Assembly: GCA_900291995.1 (NCBI GenBank)
Contig: OLMU01002029.1
Span: 1 to 39,899, forward strand
DNA: 39,899 nucleotides
DNA from: Licmophora abbreviata
Taxonomy: Eukaryota
Reading direction: 5' to 3'
Below, piece after piece: positions 22,210 through 34,124 of this stretch. Position 1 is the first letter of the stretch. Each line of letters opens with the position of its first letter. Under the pieces are notes generated by a model that saw only the letters and a program-made list of their open reading frames with translations, searched no databases and was not told where the DNA came from. The translations under genes and the position numbers were made by a program.

Positions 22210-25200
22210 CTAATGCTGCAACGCCATCTCCTCCACCATGGCCAGGACATCTTCGACGGCAAGTTCGTGATCGTTGTTGCTCATGTCGGCATCATCGTCA
22301 TCGCCTTCAGCATGCTCATCAGCCGCAGGCACGCTCTGAAAATCAACATCCCACCGTCCGTCGCGATTCATGTCTTCCACGACTGACTCCATTGTGCGGC
22401 GATCTAAATCCAAGAAGGACTCGACCAAGTCGCCGTCAACAAAGCCATGAGAAGCGTGCACCCGGCGCTCGTCTTCAAAGGTTCGAAACTCGGCATGGAA
22501 AAAATCACCGATCGGTTGAACAATTTTCGCAATGGATCGCTGCAGAGCGCTGAAGAATACTGCTGTGCGAGCATCGAGACCTAAAATTGCTCCAAGCGTC
22601 CCGTCAGCCGTCGCGAAGAGAGTTTGAGAACCAATCGTCACAGTCGGGCGTCGAATCCGACTTGTAGTCGCTGCCGCCGCCGCTGCTCTTTTGCCGTCTC
22701 GGCGCCCCTTGATGGGGGAGGAGGTGGTGCGCAGGGCAGCCACCTTTCGTCTGCCGTCGCTGGTCGTCGAAGGCGAGCTGCTGTGCGGCATGACGAGACT
22801 ACCCGTCATTAGCTTATTGCACATTTCTCCCAGATGATACTCGCCGACTGTTTCGAGACGACATCGAACTTCTTCGCTCTTTGCCTTGTTGTTGCGCTTC
22901 AACACAAACAAATTACTCCAGTTCTCCGCTCCAAGATATATATCGTCCGTCAACATTTCAATCGCCGTTGTCCAGTTGGCATTAAAATCACGTGCGACCT
23001 CTTCGAGAGCCTCGTGTTCCGGATAGTACCGGACGAGCGAGACAGAGCGCATGATATCGCCCACGATAGCAAGCTGTTCCGTTTCGTCAGAGACAGCAGC
23101 CGGTTTTTTGTCATCCTCAGCGGCTCCGGGAAGCATGGCGTCTGCTTCGAAAGTTGGTGTTGTCGAAGCAGTCACTTCCCGGACGGCCTTACTCTTGACA
23201 AAGAGACTGAGAAGGTGGCCATGGTGCCCAATACCGACATACGACAATCGCAGAGCGCCGCCTGCGTCTTCCTTGAGCTGACATATCTGCATCTTGGAGT
23301 TGACGGTCACCAAGACCTTGCTCTCGTAGAACTGGCAAATGGAGTAGACTCCGCCCCGCACGATCAGTTCCGACACATGGTGTGGCTTTCGTGCGCCAAT
23401 ATCATGAGCATCGTTATTGTTCCTAAGCGAGTACACGATGATTCGGCCTCGTGTAGGCTCGTCTTCGTCCGCGTGAACAAACGCAGTACCGACCAGGAGA
23501 TATGGCTTGGAACCCAATCCTGACGGAGCATCACCCATGTTGGCGTACACCATGGAGAGGATCATCTCGTTCTGTTCCATATCGATTCTGAGAAGTACAA
23601 ACGCAGCAAAAGGCTAGATGAGGTCAAACGCCTTGTCACGATATCGGGGCTTGGAACCGTCAACATAGTCGAATCATACGTACCGATGAAGGTCGTCGAA
23701 CGTAGTATCGTCGAGGAAACGAATGCAGTTGTTCATACCAAAAGTTGCGTCACCTATATCGCTCTCAACGCATCCGACAGCAAAAAAGCGGCCTTCGAAG
23801 CAGTGAGCAACTCGCCTCGGCGTCATCCCAAGCCGGCAAGTTGTGACATGTAGCTTCTGAATATCATCAATCACGCCGAGTCGTAGATCAGAATCATCCG
23901 CAACGCAAAGTGAGTAATGCTTGCCGCCAAGTGACGACGCGTCAAAGAGATCGGGGGAGAAGAAAGGCGTGGCTACGTTGACAGCGATGCGCTGTTGAGC
24001 AGGAGGACGGTTGACATCGTCATCTGCTTCTGCATCTGATCCAGACAGATTGACACTAGAATAGCAGAGCTTGGGGTTGGAAAAGTTGCTGGCAGAGATA
24101 CCGCCCCCACCGGCCAAATAGATCACACTTGGCCGGTCACCCGTGGAGAGAACACAGGTTGCGCCACGTTCAGTCTGAATCGGAACCAAATCGATGCGCC
24201 GAGTTCCAAGACTGACTTCCTTTTTCGCCTGAACAACCAAGCTCCCGTTTTGTGACAGGACTGCAAATGAAATCAGCGTCCCATCCCCAAGTCCAACGAA
24301 CAGCATGTTTACGCGAGTGGGTGCATATCTGCCGGAAGTGGATGACGCTGAGTCCAGAGTCACCAGACAAAGGCTGCGTGCCATCATGTTGGTTCGGCCA
24401 TGGCCTCCCGAGCGCACCATCTCGTCGCTTTCCGACTCGTCCTCGTCTTCGTCGCTTAGATTTATCTGTAGAACCTCATCCAGGTTGGACTCCAGTGACA
24501 ACAGACGCACTGTAAATTCGTCCCAAAGTCCAACAGCCACGAGCGAACTCCGCTTAGGAGTCCTGCCGTCCAAGTCCATCGACAATGAGGTGTTTTCTTG
24601 TTCGAAAGGATTCAAATTCAAGCAGCTGATTTCGTTTTCCAGTTTGGTTTGGTTTAACAGCTCGAGCGTAGAAGCATCCTTGACACAAAAGGTCAGAAGC
24701 GTTCCGCCTCGCAAAGCAATGGCGATCTGACCTGATTCATTAGCAGACGCAACAATAATCAAAGCTGACTCGCCTTGCATCGCTTGCTCCTCGCCAGGTA
24801 ACCACGTCGCTGTGCACTGAAGTGAGGAAGCTTCTAGCACTCGAATTTCAGCTTCCGTTATTTGAATAATTGTGTCTCCCACTTGCACGTTACCGGCATA
24901 CAGAGTCGAAGCAGTAGAGTCTAGTCCAGTCAGGACCACCTCTTCCAACGACCCACACTCTTGTTCTGTTTCGTCGTCCTCGTCATCATCTTGCATGCCA
25001 GCGCTGGCTGACACCCCCAAGACTCGCGTTTCCCCCACGAAGCTCTGCACCAAGTAAGCGTCTTGTATGTCATGAAAACTCTTGCGCACGCTCCACATGT
25101 TCTGAATACCTCCCATTTCTACGCTGGCATACTCGTTCATCCCAATACCATTCCTTACTAGACGAAGCGACCCCGAGTGCGAGCTACCAGATGCCGTCAC

Positions 25201-26749
25201 GACTTGACTCTGTGTGAAACTAGAAGAGGCATCATTCGAATCGTGCGTCGGGACTAAATCAAAGTCGACAATGGGGCCCAGGTTCATGTACTCCTCGACA
25301 ACGGACAGATACGTTGTGGACACCTGCAGACCGTCACTTTCGTCCAGAACGATCGGCTCGTCATGAATCTGTACCAGCTGCGAGTCACCCTGATAGCTTC
25401 CCACAAAGGCCCGTCCCTGATCAGCGTACTCGAGGGATGTCGCACTCGTACAGACACCCAACGTATCGAACTGCATTGTTCCGACCGTGGTATGAATTCC
25501 GAGAAGACTCAATCTACCCGCTTCGTCCGACAGAAGAAAGCGCGTCACGTCTCTTTCCGGTGGAAGCATCGTGGCACACGCAATCATGCATGGCGGGATG
25601 GGAATAACCTTGATGACGTGATAAAACTGAATCCATGTGATTTGGCGTTGGCCGATAATCAGTACACCTCCACCTTGAAACTTCTGCGACGATTCTTCCT
25701 CATCGTTGCCGCCATTGGCAGCGGCTGCCGCTGCAACCGACGTCCAGCGTGGCACCGTGAGCAAAAGACTGCTACCGCCATCGATATTGCTTCGTTTCAA
25801 AGAGAGGGTATCGGAAGTGTAATCTGCCGCTCCAGCTCCACTTGTACCTCCACTACCTTCACTTATCCATCGTTTCTTCTTGACATCCATCCTGTAGGAC
25901 ACGACATGCTGTCGATTCTTGGAATCTTGGTGCAGCAGGACCATCATGGGGTGCAAGCTGTGCTGTTGAGGCGACAGATCGGCAAACTGCATAGCCAACA
26001 GAGTCCGTTCCTCGAGGCGCAGATGAAACGGCTTTTGCAGAAGTAAGGGTGTGTTGAGAAGTGCACTAGCATTAGAAGTCCCCTTGGTTGTTGCACGGCG
26101 TTCTTCATACTGTGCATTGACGGGTAATACCGTGAGAAGTCCATCGTACACATGGAGTGCAATGCAGCTTGGATGGACGCTGATGAGTGGTCCGCTGTCG
26201 GCCAATCGGGTGATCAGATCAGCTTTCAAAGTTCCACTCGCATGCGTCACAATGGAGTAGGGTGACGACTCGGCTGCGTACGAAATGACAGCATAGCGTA
26301 GCTTGTCAGTCATGACAAACAAAAGCGCGGTAGGGGCGTTCAGGAGAATAATCGGTTCGAGGCAGACGATGCGTCCAAAGATTGGGAGCGAGAGAATCAC
26401 AGGAAGCGGTGTAGCTTCATCGTCCGACGGCTGCCGAATTTCCAATTTGCGGGACTTGGCGATAATTAAGTCCTAAAATAGGATACGGGGAGTGCTCAAA
26501 GGGGTGAGGGGACGACATTTAAGGGCCTAAATATGAATGTGGTGTTACAGAAATCCTGGTGCTTTCATGAGATTTCAACAAGGATCGAATGTCATACCGG
26601 TATCTACTCACCGTCGTGTTTCGTCCGAGAAAGTTGCATTTTGTCGTCACCAGGACGCCGCCGGGAGGATGCGCCGTCGCCACATAGTGCGAGGCCTCCG
26701 CCCGATTCGGGTGGCGGCGCTGTGACGCTGAAGTTGGATTGCTGCTCAT
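22210..26749 (-). CDS. DDB1: DNA damage-binding protein 1 (CUL4 adaptor), ~1,434 aa; exons 26749-26612, 26472-23684 and 23587-22210
   Basis: Introns 26611-26473 (GTGAGT...TTTTAG) and 23683-23588 (GTACGT...TCTCAG) keep the frame. Motifs HYVATAHPP, LIIAK, PIFGRI, NLGPIVDF, GSLRLVRNGIGMNE, IDDIQKLH, EPTRGRI, VGDIMRS, EEVARDFNANW, YHLGE and GFVDGDLVESFLDL. Confidence 0.95.
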
Positions 26750-27041
26750 GGTCAATCAACAACAGCACGATCAATGCGATCAAGCGTCGTCCTTGACTTT
26801 TGTCCAGTCTTAAGTTAAGATGAGCTCTGGCGCGCGCGACGAGAGGCTCTCGTAAGTACGAAGGGGAAGTTCGGATACCACGAACACTGCGATAAATTTT
26901 GCGCGCGCCCGACTGCCAGCGGACGACAACACAAAACTTTGAAATGGTAACGACGGCGGTGAACATTGTTCCAAATTGAAAACCCGACGACCAATCCATC
27001 ACGGTGTCATTGTCGAATCTAGTAGAGATTAAGCTTAATTT

Positions 27042-30000
27042 ATGATCGCAATGCAGAACCGGTACATATTTGGTTTGTCTTCCAGAATTGCGGCCAGACG
27101 AAGCGGTAAAGTACGCTCGCTCCGACGTCCTCGATGCCTTCTGGAATCTGAATTAAGAACTGAGATTTCAACTCTTTCGGCAACAGCAAATACCGGTATT
27201 CTAAGCAAGGAACGCCGCTTCTTTTCTGCCAACGCATACCGGTATGGGGATGATGCACCGGACACGTTTCGTTTGCCGTCTCAAGAAGGACCACGCGACT
27301 TGCGACGTGGCGCGAATGAACGTATGAACCATCGCCTAGCTCAAGACACGGCCTCGTGGAGGAGTCTAAGCGATGAACTAGTAAGAGTTCCAATCGGAGA
27401 ATTGAGTCCTCTGGGTCACGCGGAAATTGAACAGGCGTTTCGATATTGGTCCGACCAACGCCAAAATGGAGAAGCAGTGAAGTACACATTCGATTTACTT
27501 GAACGAATGATCAGTGAAGCTGGCTGGGACGATTCCTTGGATTTGGGAAAGAGACTGACAACGGAAAGTTGTTTGAACCGAGCGATTCGATGTTGGTGTC
27601 TCAATGCTTCTACTCGTACTACGAAGCTTAATGTCGAGGAAGTGTTTCAAAATGTGGAATCGTTTGCGCCCTTGCTTCTGCCCAACAGCAAGACCTACGA
27701 ACTCATGATCACCGGCGCGAGCGGACAGGTCGAGCCAAACGAAGCACCAGCCATCGCGGACAACATTCTAGAAAAAATGATAGACAACTCGAAAAAGAAT
27801 GAATCTGTTGTTCCCAATGCCAGAATATTCGCGGCAGTCCAGAGTGCTTGGACCAACAGTGGGCTACAACAAGCAGTTGCAAGAAATGAAGCTCTCCTCG
27901 AACAGATGAAACAGCTGCAAGTTGAACCCGCAATAATGAATCACAACGGCCTGCTGCTCGCTCTGGCTAGAAGTAGTGAACCGGGCTCCGCGGAACAAGC
28001 CGAATCTATTTTGTCTAACCTTGAAAAGTGGTCGGCGGAAAGAAGGGATCAGTTCATCAAGCCAGATTCAAGGAGCTACAACTACGTCGCAGCAGCTTTT
28101 GCCGGGGATGGAAACACAGAAGCCGCTAAACGGATCGTTACAAGGATACAGGATTTAGGGAGTCATAATGTGAGGCCCAAGAAAGAAGATTTTGCGGCGG
28201 TTGTTGATTTTTGGGTCAAGAGCGACGAGCCGACCGCTGCGCATCGAGCGGACGGCATTCTAGGCCTAATGTTCGAGTTAGGACAACGTACAGAGACTGC
28301 CGACATGATACCCGATCGATTCATCTGGCCGGCCGTAGTGGCTACGTGGGCGAAGAGCGCGGTGCCTGATGCCCCGGAACGTGCCGAGGCAATCCTGCAG
28401 AAGTTGCTGGATCTTTATTGGGCTGGGTATGAGCAGGCGAAACCCAATGTCTATACGTTTAGCGTCGTCATCAATGCCTGGGCACAGTCGAAGCGGCCTG
28501 ATTCAGCGGATCGCGCCCAAGCTCTTCTCCAGCAAATGCTAGACTTAGCGGATAGTACAGGCGACGAGGAACTGCGACCCAATACCATCAGTTTCAACAC
28601 GGCACTCAACTCCATCGCCAACAGTGGTGAAGCCGACGCACCGCTTCAGGCGGAGACCCTTCTCCAGCGCATGCAGGGCTTTTGCGACGCAGGAGTGGAT
28701 GGTATAAGACCAGACGCAGTTTCCTTCAATACCGTGTTGAAATGCTGGAGTAACGTAGGGCATCGTGATTCGATGCTACGAGCAATGTCGATCCTTCAGC
28801 TAATGAGAGATTTGTCCGCTGCTGGGAACGAGGATCTTCGTCCGACGGCAGTGACGTATCGATATATTTTTGACGCGATCAATTCCAGTGGCGTGCCTGA
28901 TGTATCCGAAAAGTGTTGGTCCCTATGGCAGCAGATGAAAGAGGATGGCATTACTCCCGATTTTACTTTATACCACTGTGTTCTGGAAATGTTGGCTTCT
29001 AGTGGTAACTCAGATGCACCTCGAGGAGCGCAGCACCTCTTGTGTCAGATGAAGGAAGACGGAGTCGTCCCAAACCGAACTACCTTCCACCATATTATGA
29101 ATGCGTGGGCGCACAGTGGTCACCCGAAAGCCATCGACTACGTTGCCGGCTTGCTCGATGAGATGATGGGTCTCTCAGAGCAGACAGAAACGACGAAGGG
29201 CCTATGTCCCTCAAAGTATTCTTTTGAAATTTTTTTGAATACTTGTATCAGCAGCCAAGAACTCGATGCTGCTCGACGAGCTGAGTTTGCTCTCGAGAAG
29301 ATGATTACGTTGCAGGATGGCGGGAATGACAGTATTTGTCCTGATGTTCACACTTTCAACAAAGTCCTCAAGGGCTTGTCGAAGTCAAAGGAGGTGGGAT
29401 CTTCGAAGAGGCAAGTTGCGCTCCTTCGACGAATGCGGGAGCGTTACAAGTCGGGTATGAAAGGTGTAAAGCCGGATGTCTTTTCATATTCGATTGTGCT
29501 CGAGTGCCTCGCCCGGTCAGGAGAGTCCCCAGCACTGGCGGACACTCTATTTGGGCTCATGATTGAGGACAACGTCAAGCCCGACATGATTGTCTACACA
29601 GCACTCCTCGGCTGCTGGATCACATCAAGCGAAAAAGGATATAGAGAACGCGTGAACAACATTATAACACAGATGCACGAATTCGGCAGTGCTGGGGATG
29701 AGACCGCGCGACCAACTGCTATGAGCTACAACGTTGTACTAGACGGCTTGCTGGCAACCGAAACGGAAAACACACCGGAGCGTTCTGAACATATCGTGAA
29801 GGAAATGATGAAACGCGGCATCCGTCCAAGTGCCCGCTCGTACAGTATTCTCATTTCCACTTGGGCAAGAAGTGGGAGACGGGACTCTCCAGAGCAAGTC
29901 GAGACCATCCTACAGAGAATGCGTGACCAGGGACTCACACCAAACGAGGCATGCTTCAACGCGGTCATGACGATGTGGGCACGTAGTGGACGACCTGATG

Positions 30001-30968
30001 GCGCCGAAAAGGCGAAAGCCATATTCATGAACATGCAACGATTGTCGAAGAATGGACATGGTGAACTTCAGCCTAACTCCGTCTCATGCAACGCAATCTT
30101 GAACGCTTACTCCAGAGCGGGCGATGCGACACGAGCCGAGGAAATGCTCGAGTACATGACGGAATCGGCACGAAACGGGAAGACGAACCTAAGACCTACG
30201 ACTGTATCGTACAACACAGTTCTCGCTGCACTGGCCAACAGTAGAGACACTGACGTAGTTCAGAGAGCTGAGTGGATCTACAACAATATGCAGAATCGAA
30301 CGAGTGAACATTGCGTGGCAATACCCGACATTCGGACTATCAACACCTTCATTTCTGTTTTGGCCAAGAGCAAACATCACGACGGTGGTCCTCGCGCTGA
30401 ACAAATGTTAGAGAAAGCAGTGTCTCTCCATGAAGCAGGCAACTACAGCTGTCGGCCGAACGGGCGAACCTTCTCGGCTGTGATGCATGCTTGGGCGAAT
30501 AGCACGCGAAAATCATGTGGCGAGAAAGCTGAATTGTATTTGCGACGCATGGAGTCGGCTTACAAGGATGGATTGGACCTCGACTGCAGGCCTGACCAGA
30601 TAGCATACAATACTGCCCTCGGCGCTTGGGCCAAGAGTCGACATCCCCAGTCTGGCGAGAGGGCTCTTGCATTGCTGCAAGAAATGAAGAACTGTGGACA
30701 CTTCAAACCAGACATAATAAGCTACAACACGACCATCAACGCGCTGGCTAGCTGTAGACAGCCCGAATCGGGCGATCAGGCCCTTGCTCTGCTAGAGGAA
30801 ATGAAGCGCTCAAGAGATCCGAGTAGGAGACCGAACGACATAACGTACAGAACCGTACTCAAAGCCTTGTCATCTTGCAGTAGCAGCCGACAGAAGGATC
30901 GTCAACGCGAGTTACGGGAAGAGATGAAGAGCCTGGGCATGCGCATAAAGAGGAAACGCCGTCAATAG
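27042..30968 (+). CDS. Pentatricopeptide-repeat (PPR) protein, 1308 aa, intronless, probably mitochondrion-targeted
   Basis: About 20 or more tandem repeats of the type P[ND]xxxYNxVIxAWAxSG...AERAExLLxxM. The Arg/Ser-rich N-terminus ending RRFFS resembles a mitochondrial presequence. Confidence 0.9.
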   Translation: MIAMQNRYIFGLSSRIAARRSGKVRSLRRPRCLLESELRTEISTLSATANTGILSKERRFFSANAYRYGDDAPDTFRLPSQEGPRDLRRGANERMNHRLAQDTASWRSLSDELVRVPIGELSPLGHAEIEQAFRYWSDQRQNGEAVKYTFDLLERMISEAGWDDSLDLGKRLTTESCLNRAIRCWCLNASTRTTKLNVEEVFQNVESFAPLLLPNSKTYELMITGASGQVEPNEAPAIADNILEKMIDNSKKNESVVPNARIFAAVQSAWTNSGLQQAVARNEALLEQMKQLQVEPAIMNHNGLLLALARSSEPGSAEQAESILSNLEKWSAERRDQFIKPDSRSYNYVAAAFAGDGNTEAAKRIVTRIQDLGSHNVRPKKEDFAAVVDFWVKSDEPTAAHRADGILGLMFELGQRTETADMIPDRFIWPAVVATWAKSAVPDAPERAEAILQKLLDLYWAGYEQAKPNVYTFSVVINAWAQSKRPDSADRAQALLQQMLDLADSTGDEELRPNTISFNTALNSIANSGEADAPLQAETLLQRMQGFCDAGVDGIRPDAVSFNTVLKCWSNVGHRDSMLRAMSILQLMRDLSAAGNEDLRPTAVTYRYIFDAINSSGVPDVSEKCWSLWQQMKEDGITPDFTLYHCVLEMLASSGNSDAPRGAQHLLCQMKEDGVVPNRTTFHHIMNAWAHSGHPKAIDYVAGLLDEMMGLSEQTETTKGLCPSKYSFEIFLNTCISSQELDAARRAEFALEKMITLQDGGNDSICPDVHTFNKVLKGLSKSKEVGSSKRQVALLRRMRERYKSGMKGVKPDVFSYSIVLECLARSGESPALADTLFGLMIEDNVKPDMIVYTALLGCWITSSEKGYRERVNNIITQMHEFGSAGDETARPTAMSYNVVLDGLLATETENTPERSEHIVKEMMKRGIRPSARSYSILISTWARSGRRDSPEQVETILQRMRDQGLTPNEACFNAVMTMWARSGRPDGAEKAKAIFMNMQRLSKNGHGELQPNSVSCNAILNAYSRAGDATRAEEMLEYMTESARNGKTNLRPTTVSYNTVLAALANSRDTDVVQRAEWIYNNMQNRTSEHCVAIPDIRTINTFISVLAKSKHHDGGPRAEQMLEKAVSLHEAGNYSCRPNGRTFSAVMHAWANSTRKSCGEKAELYLRRMESAYKDGLDLDCRPDQIAYNTALGAWAKSRHPQSGERALALLQEMKNCGHFKPDIISYNTTINALASCRQPESGDQALALLEEMKRSRDPSRRPNDITYRTVLKALSSCSSSRQKDRQRELREEMKSLGMRIKRKRRQ

Positions 30969-31074
30969 ATTAAAAAGTTGACTTGCTGTAGAGCAAATGT
31001 GTACTTGATCGTTGCTATTGGCACTAGATTAAGGAGTACACAGTACCGACTAAAGAAATGGCGGCAGTGACTTT

Positions 31075-32514
31075 CTATTGAGTCACCTTCTGTTGCTTCT
31101 GCCATTTCACCTTGAGGTCTTTGAAGCGCGCCCGGGTACCATGAAAGAGTTGGTGATCTCGGTCCCACTGATGCACTACTGGACTCAGTTCGCCATCCCA
31201 GTTGAAGACTTCCAATGTGACATTGTTGAACATGTCCTCCCACTCGGACAACGGCTTGGTTCGAAGAGCACCGAGGTTATTGATAATACCCTTGCCTTGT
31301 TCCCACACGACAAGGCGTTCAATCGAATGGGCATTTGCGAGCTTGTTGCTGTAGTAAAGGTAGTTATGGAACCCTTGATCAGCGCCCGTCATTTTAATCT
31401 CCGTCTCGTCCTTTTCGTTCACCATGGCTCGTAGATATTGTTCAATCGCGACTTGCTCACCCATGGTACTCCCGCTGCAAATGGTAGGCTTATCGGACAG
31501 CGCCTGCAGAGTCTCTTCGCCATAGGCGTTTCGGAGCCAATTCGCATTCTTGCGCGACTTTCCAAGACGCGTGGCGTCGTGGTTTTCGCCAAAGAAATAC
31601 AATGTACCGCTCTTGACGTCAGTGTCGAGCGACCGCGGCAAGCCAACGAAAGGATCTTGCTGAAAGAAGGAGTCGCGGGCGTCGAGCAAGAGCATCCATC
31701 GATTCTTATTGTACTGTTGTGCCCAGATCCTAAAGAATCAAAAGTTGATGTGAGAAACGGCTGGATCGAAAGTAACAGTGATGTTTCCTGGAGTGTCGAT
31801 CGGATTCATTCGCGGAACTTACCAGTACCATTCGTAGCGCAGCGTTGCCACCACACGCCCTTTTCGCGGGTCCTCTGCTGTTTGCATGACAGTGCCCTCA
31901 TGATCGACCCAGCCGTAGACGTGATTCAATTGGCACATTTGGAAAATGTCCAAGTCCCCGCGATTGACCTTGCGTGGGAGGGGCGTCGTGCCATCCGTGT
32001 CATAACAGTACAAGGCGCTCTCATAGACAATGACATGCGGCTGGCTACTCAAATACTCCAGCGTATCCGGTGTGCGTATGCGCTCTTCGGCAATGGCGAG
32101 CACGATGTCTCCCTTGAAGCCCGTGGCTCGGAGACTCTCGATAAACAGCAGGTAGTACTCAACGGCGTATCCCTCGGCGTATGCCATGACGACGTCTTGA
32201 TCCGGCCGGTGTTTTCCCGACAGAGGCTTTACAATGGGAACGACGGGAGCATCAGGAAACTGCAAATTGTCTGGAATTTTGTCCGTGGGCTTGGGAAAGG
32301 ACGTCGGGCCGAGACGAGAGATGAGCGGACTAGGCTCAAAGAGCGCCGCCGACAGTGGCTCGTCTTCGGGATGATTCGGCGCCGAATCAAGCGAATTTAC
32401 ACCACTGAAGGACATACAAAGAATCGCCAGCATGAAACTGGTCATCATTCTACCTCTTGGGACCAGGGGGTGCAGAAATAAACGCCGTATTCGTCTCGTG
32501 GTCTTCATGGTCAT
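31075..32514 (-). CDS. Type II membrane putative glycosyltransferase, paralog B (~448 aa); exons 32514-31823 and 31729-31075
   Basis: Intron 31822-31730 (GTAAGT...CTTTAG, 93 nt, phase 2). Shares GP.SFPKP, HRPDQD, L..TGF.GDIV, AT.RYE.YW, DARD.FFQ..PF, KPTICSGSTMGEQVA, GADQGFHNYLYYSNKLANA and SPVVHQ.DR with the gene at 8452-9976. Start ATG is 32514 or 32508. Confidence 0.75.
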
Positions 32515-32891
32515 CGTCCCCAAATTATATCAGCAATGAGAGCAGTTTTCTCACAGGTCATCGGCCTCTCCCTGCAGAGAAGGGCCTTAGATGCCACCTT
32601 AACTAATCTAGTCGCTTGTATGACTTATTAGTCCTCAGGATTTAATATATCATATAGAAATTGTGAAAGGGATTTGAATATCGCTGAATGATCTAACGTG
32701 CAATGTCGCAATGTCGGCTTGTTTGACTTCTTCGTGGTTCGCGTGCGGTCGTGTTACTACTATACTTTCAGCCATGGAGGTACGAACGGCGAGAAGTTTG
32801 CCGCTGCAAAGACTTTGAGAGGACGCTCAACCCACCGCTCCAGCTTAGCTCGTTCCTCGCAGCTTCTTCAATTTGAAAAGCTGAATCGGAA

Positions 32892-34124
32892 ATGTCATCC
32901 GAAGAAGAGAGAACGACAGATTCTTGTCAGAGGCACCATTCTACTTGCAGCAGCGACTTTGACGAGAACCCGATCGCTTCTCCTCCTTTCGTCAAACGAA
33001 CTCCTGTTCATCATCCTACGACATCAGACACTCCCATGCTCCCCTCCATCTATGCCAGCGCGACGGAGCTTTCTCCCTCTCCTCCTCCTCCTCCTCGGGA
33101 AAGACGTCGGCGCTACAAACGAGCGCGCTCCTGGAGACACCTGAAAAGCGCAGGCACCCTTCACTCGGCAGGGGGGCGTATCGCCGAGGGCGTTCATACT
33201 ACACGACGTACAAGACCCGTTGCCTTTTCCTGGAGTCCAACGCCTTCCGACCGGACTGATCTGGGCAGCATTAGCGACACCAGTACTCTGAACTCCTTGT
33301 CTTCCGGGGAAGAAGCCGATGTCGAACGCGGTGGCGGTCCTGCATCGGCATCTGTATTTCGCAGTCGTCAGAATGCCAATACAGACACGTCCTCTTCACC
33401 CTGTCAACCACTTTCTCATCGCCCTCCCTCTTCTGTACTCTCCCCCCACTCTCGACGATCCCTCGTGTTACTGACAACCAGTCATAGTCGAGCCTGGACA
33501 CTTCTACGTGTAGCATGTCTTGCGACTTGTCTCTACTTGACGCTCTGGTCCGACTCGTCGCTGAACAATCCGGACGTATCGCCACCCGCAACCATCCGCT
33601 CAACAGATCTGGCGGCATTTAGCAGTCAGCATGGCCGTGAGATCGACTTTCCTTCCGTGTCTTTCTCGTCACAGCATACGCCCATTGTGCAACGAGTTCA
33701 GTCGCACGAGCAACATGCTCTTGCATCTGCACCGGAAGCAGCGGTACAGAGTATCGCTTCCTCTGAACAAGCATCTACCACTGTTACGAAGCGACAACCG
33801 CATTTGGCCTACGCTCGTGCGTCGTCGCACTCCGCACCCCTACTGGGTGCTGCACCGATCCTGTCACAAGACAAGCCGCACCACATGACGCGCTTTGTCT
33901 TGAGAGACGATGAGCTCGTGAATGATGCTGTTGCGGAAAGTCGTCGCGATGACTACTATGATGACAGAGACAACGACGACGAAGAACGTTCAACCCTGTG
34001 GCGCCAGCTGGCATGGATCGTGTTGGCGGGGGTCTTATTCGAATTTGCTTATCGCGAGGCGATGCAACGCTGTTGCCGTTCTACTCGGACTGCTAATACT
34101 CGTCGACGACGTTGGAGCGAGTAG
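32892..34124 (+). CDS. Hypothetical protein, 410 aa, low-complexity S/P/R-rich with two hydrophobic segments
   Basis: Long ATG-initiated ORF filling the gap between genes. Hydrophobic stretches AWTLLRVACLATCLYLTLW and LAWIVLAGVLFEFAY. No family recognised. Confidence 0.65.
   Translation: MSSEEERTTDSCQRHHSTCSSDFDENPIASPPFVKRTPVHHPTTSDTPMLPSIYASATELSPSPPPPPRERRRRYKRARSWRHLKSAGTLHSAGGRIAEGVHTTRRTRPVAFSWSPTPSDRTDLGSISDTSTLNSLSSGEEADVERGGGPASASVFRSRQNANTDTSSSPCQPLSHRPPSSVLSPHSRRSLVLLTTSHSRAWTLLRVACLATCLYLTLWSDSSLNNPDVSPPATIRSTDLAAFSSQHGREIDFPSVSFSSQHTPIVQRVQSHEQHALASAPEAAVQSIASSEQASTTVTKRQPHLAYARASSHSAPLLGAAPILSQDKPHHMTRFVLRDDELVNDAVAESRRDDYYDDRDNDDEERSTLWRQLAWIVLAGVLFEFAYREAMQRCCRSTRTANTRRRRWSE

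Noticed and set aside
22834..26046. 229-aa and 227-aa plus-strand ORFs inside DDB1
   Set aside because: Antisense shadows of a highly conserved gene.
31438..32481. 347-aa antisense ORF over glycosyltransferase paralog B, crossing the intron
   Set aside because: The intron is 93 nt (a multiple of 3), so a shadow frame can pass through it. Composition is typical of antisense translations.
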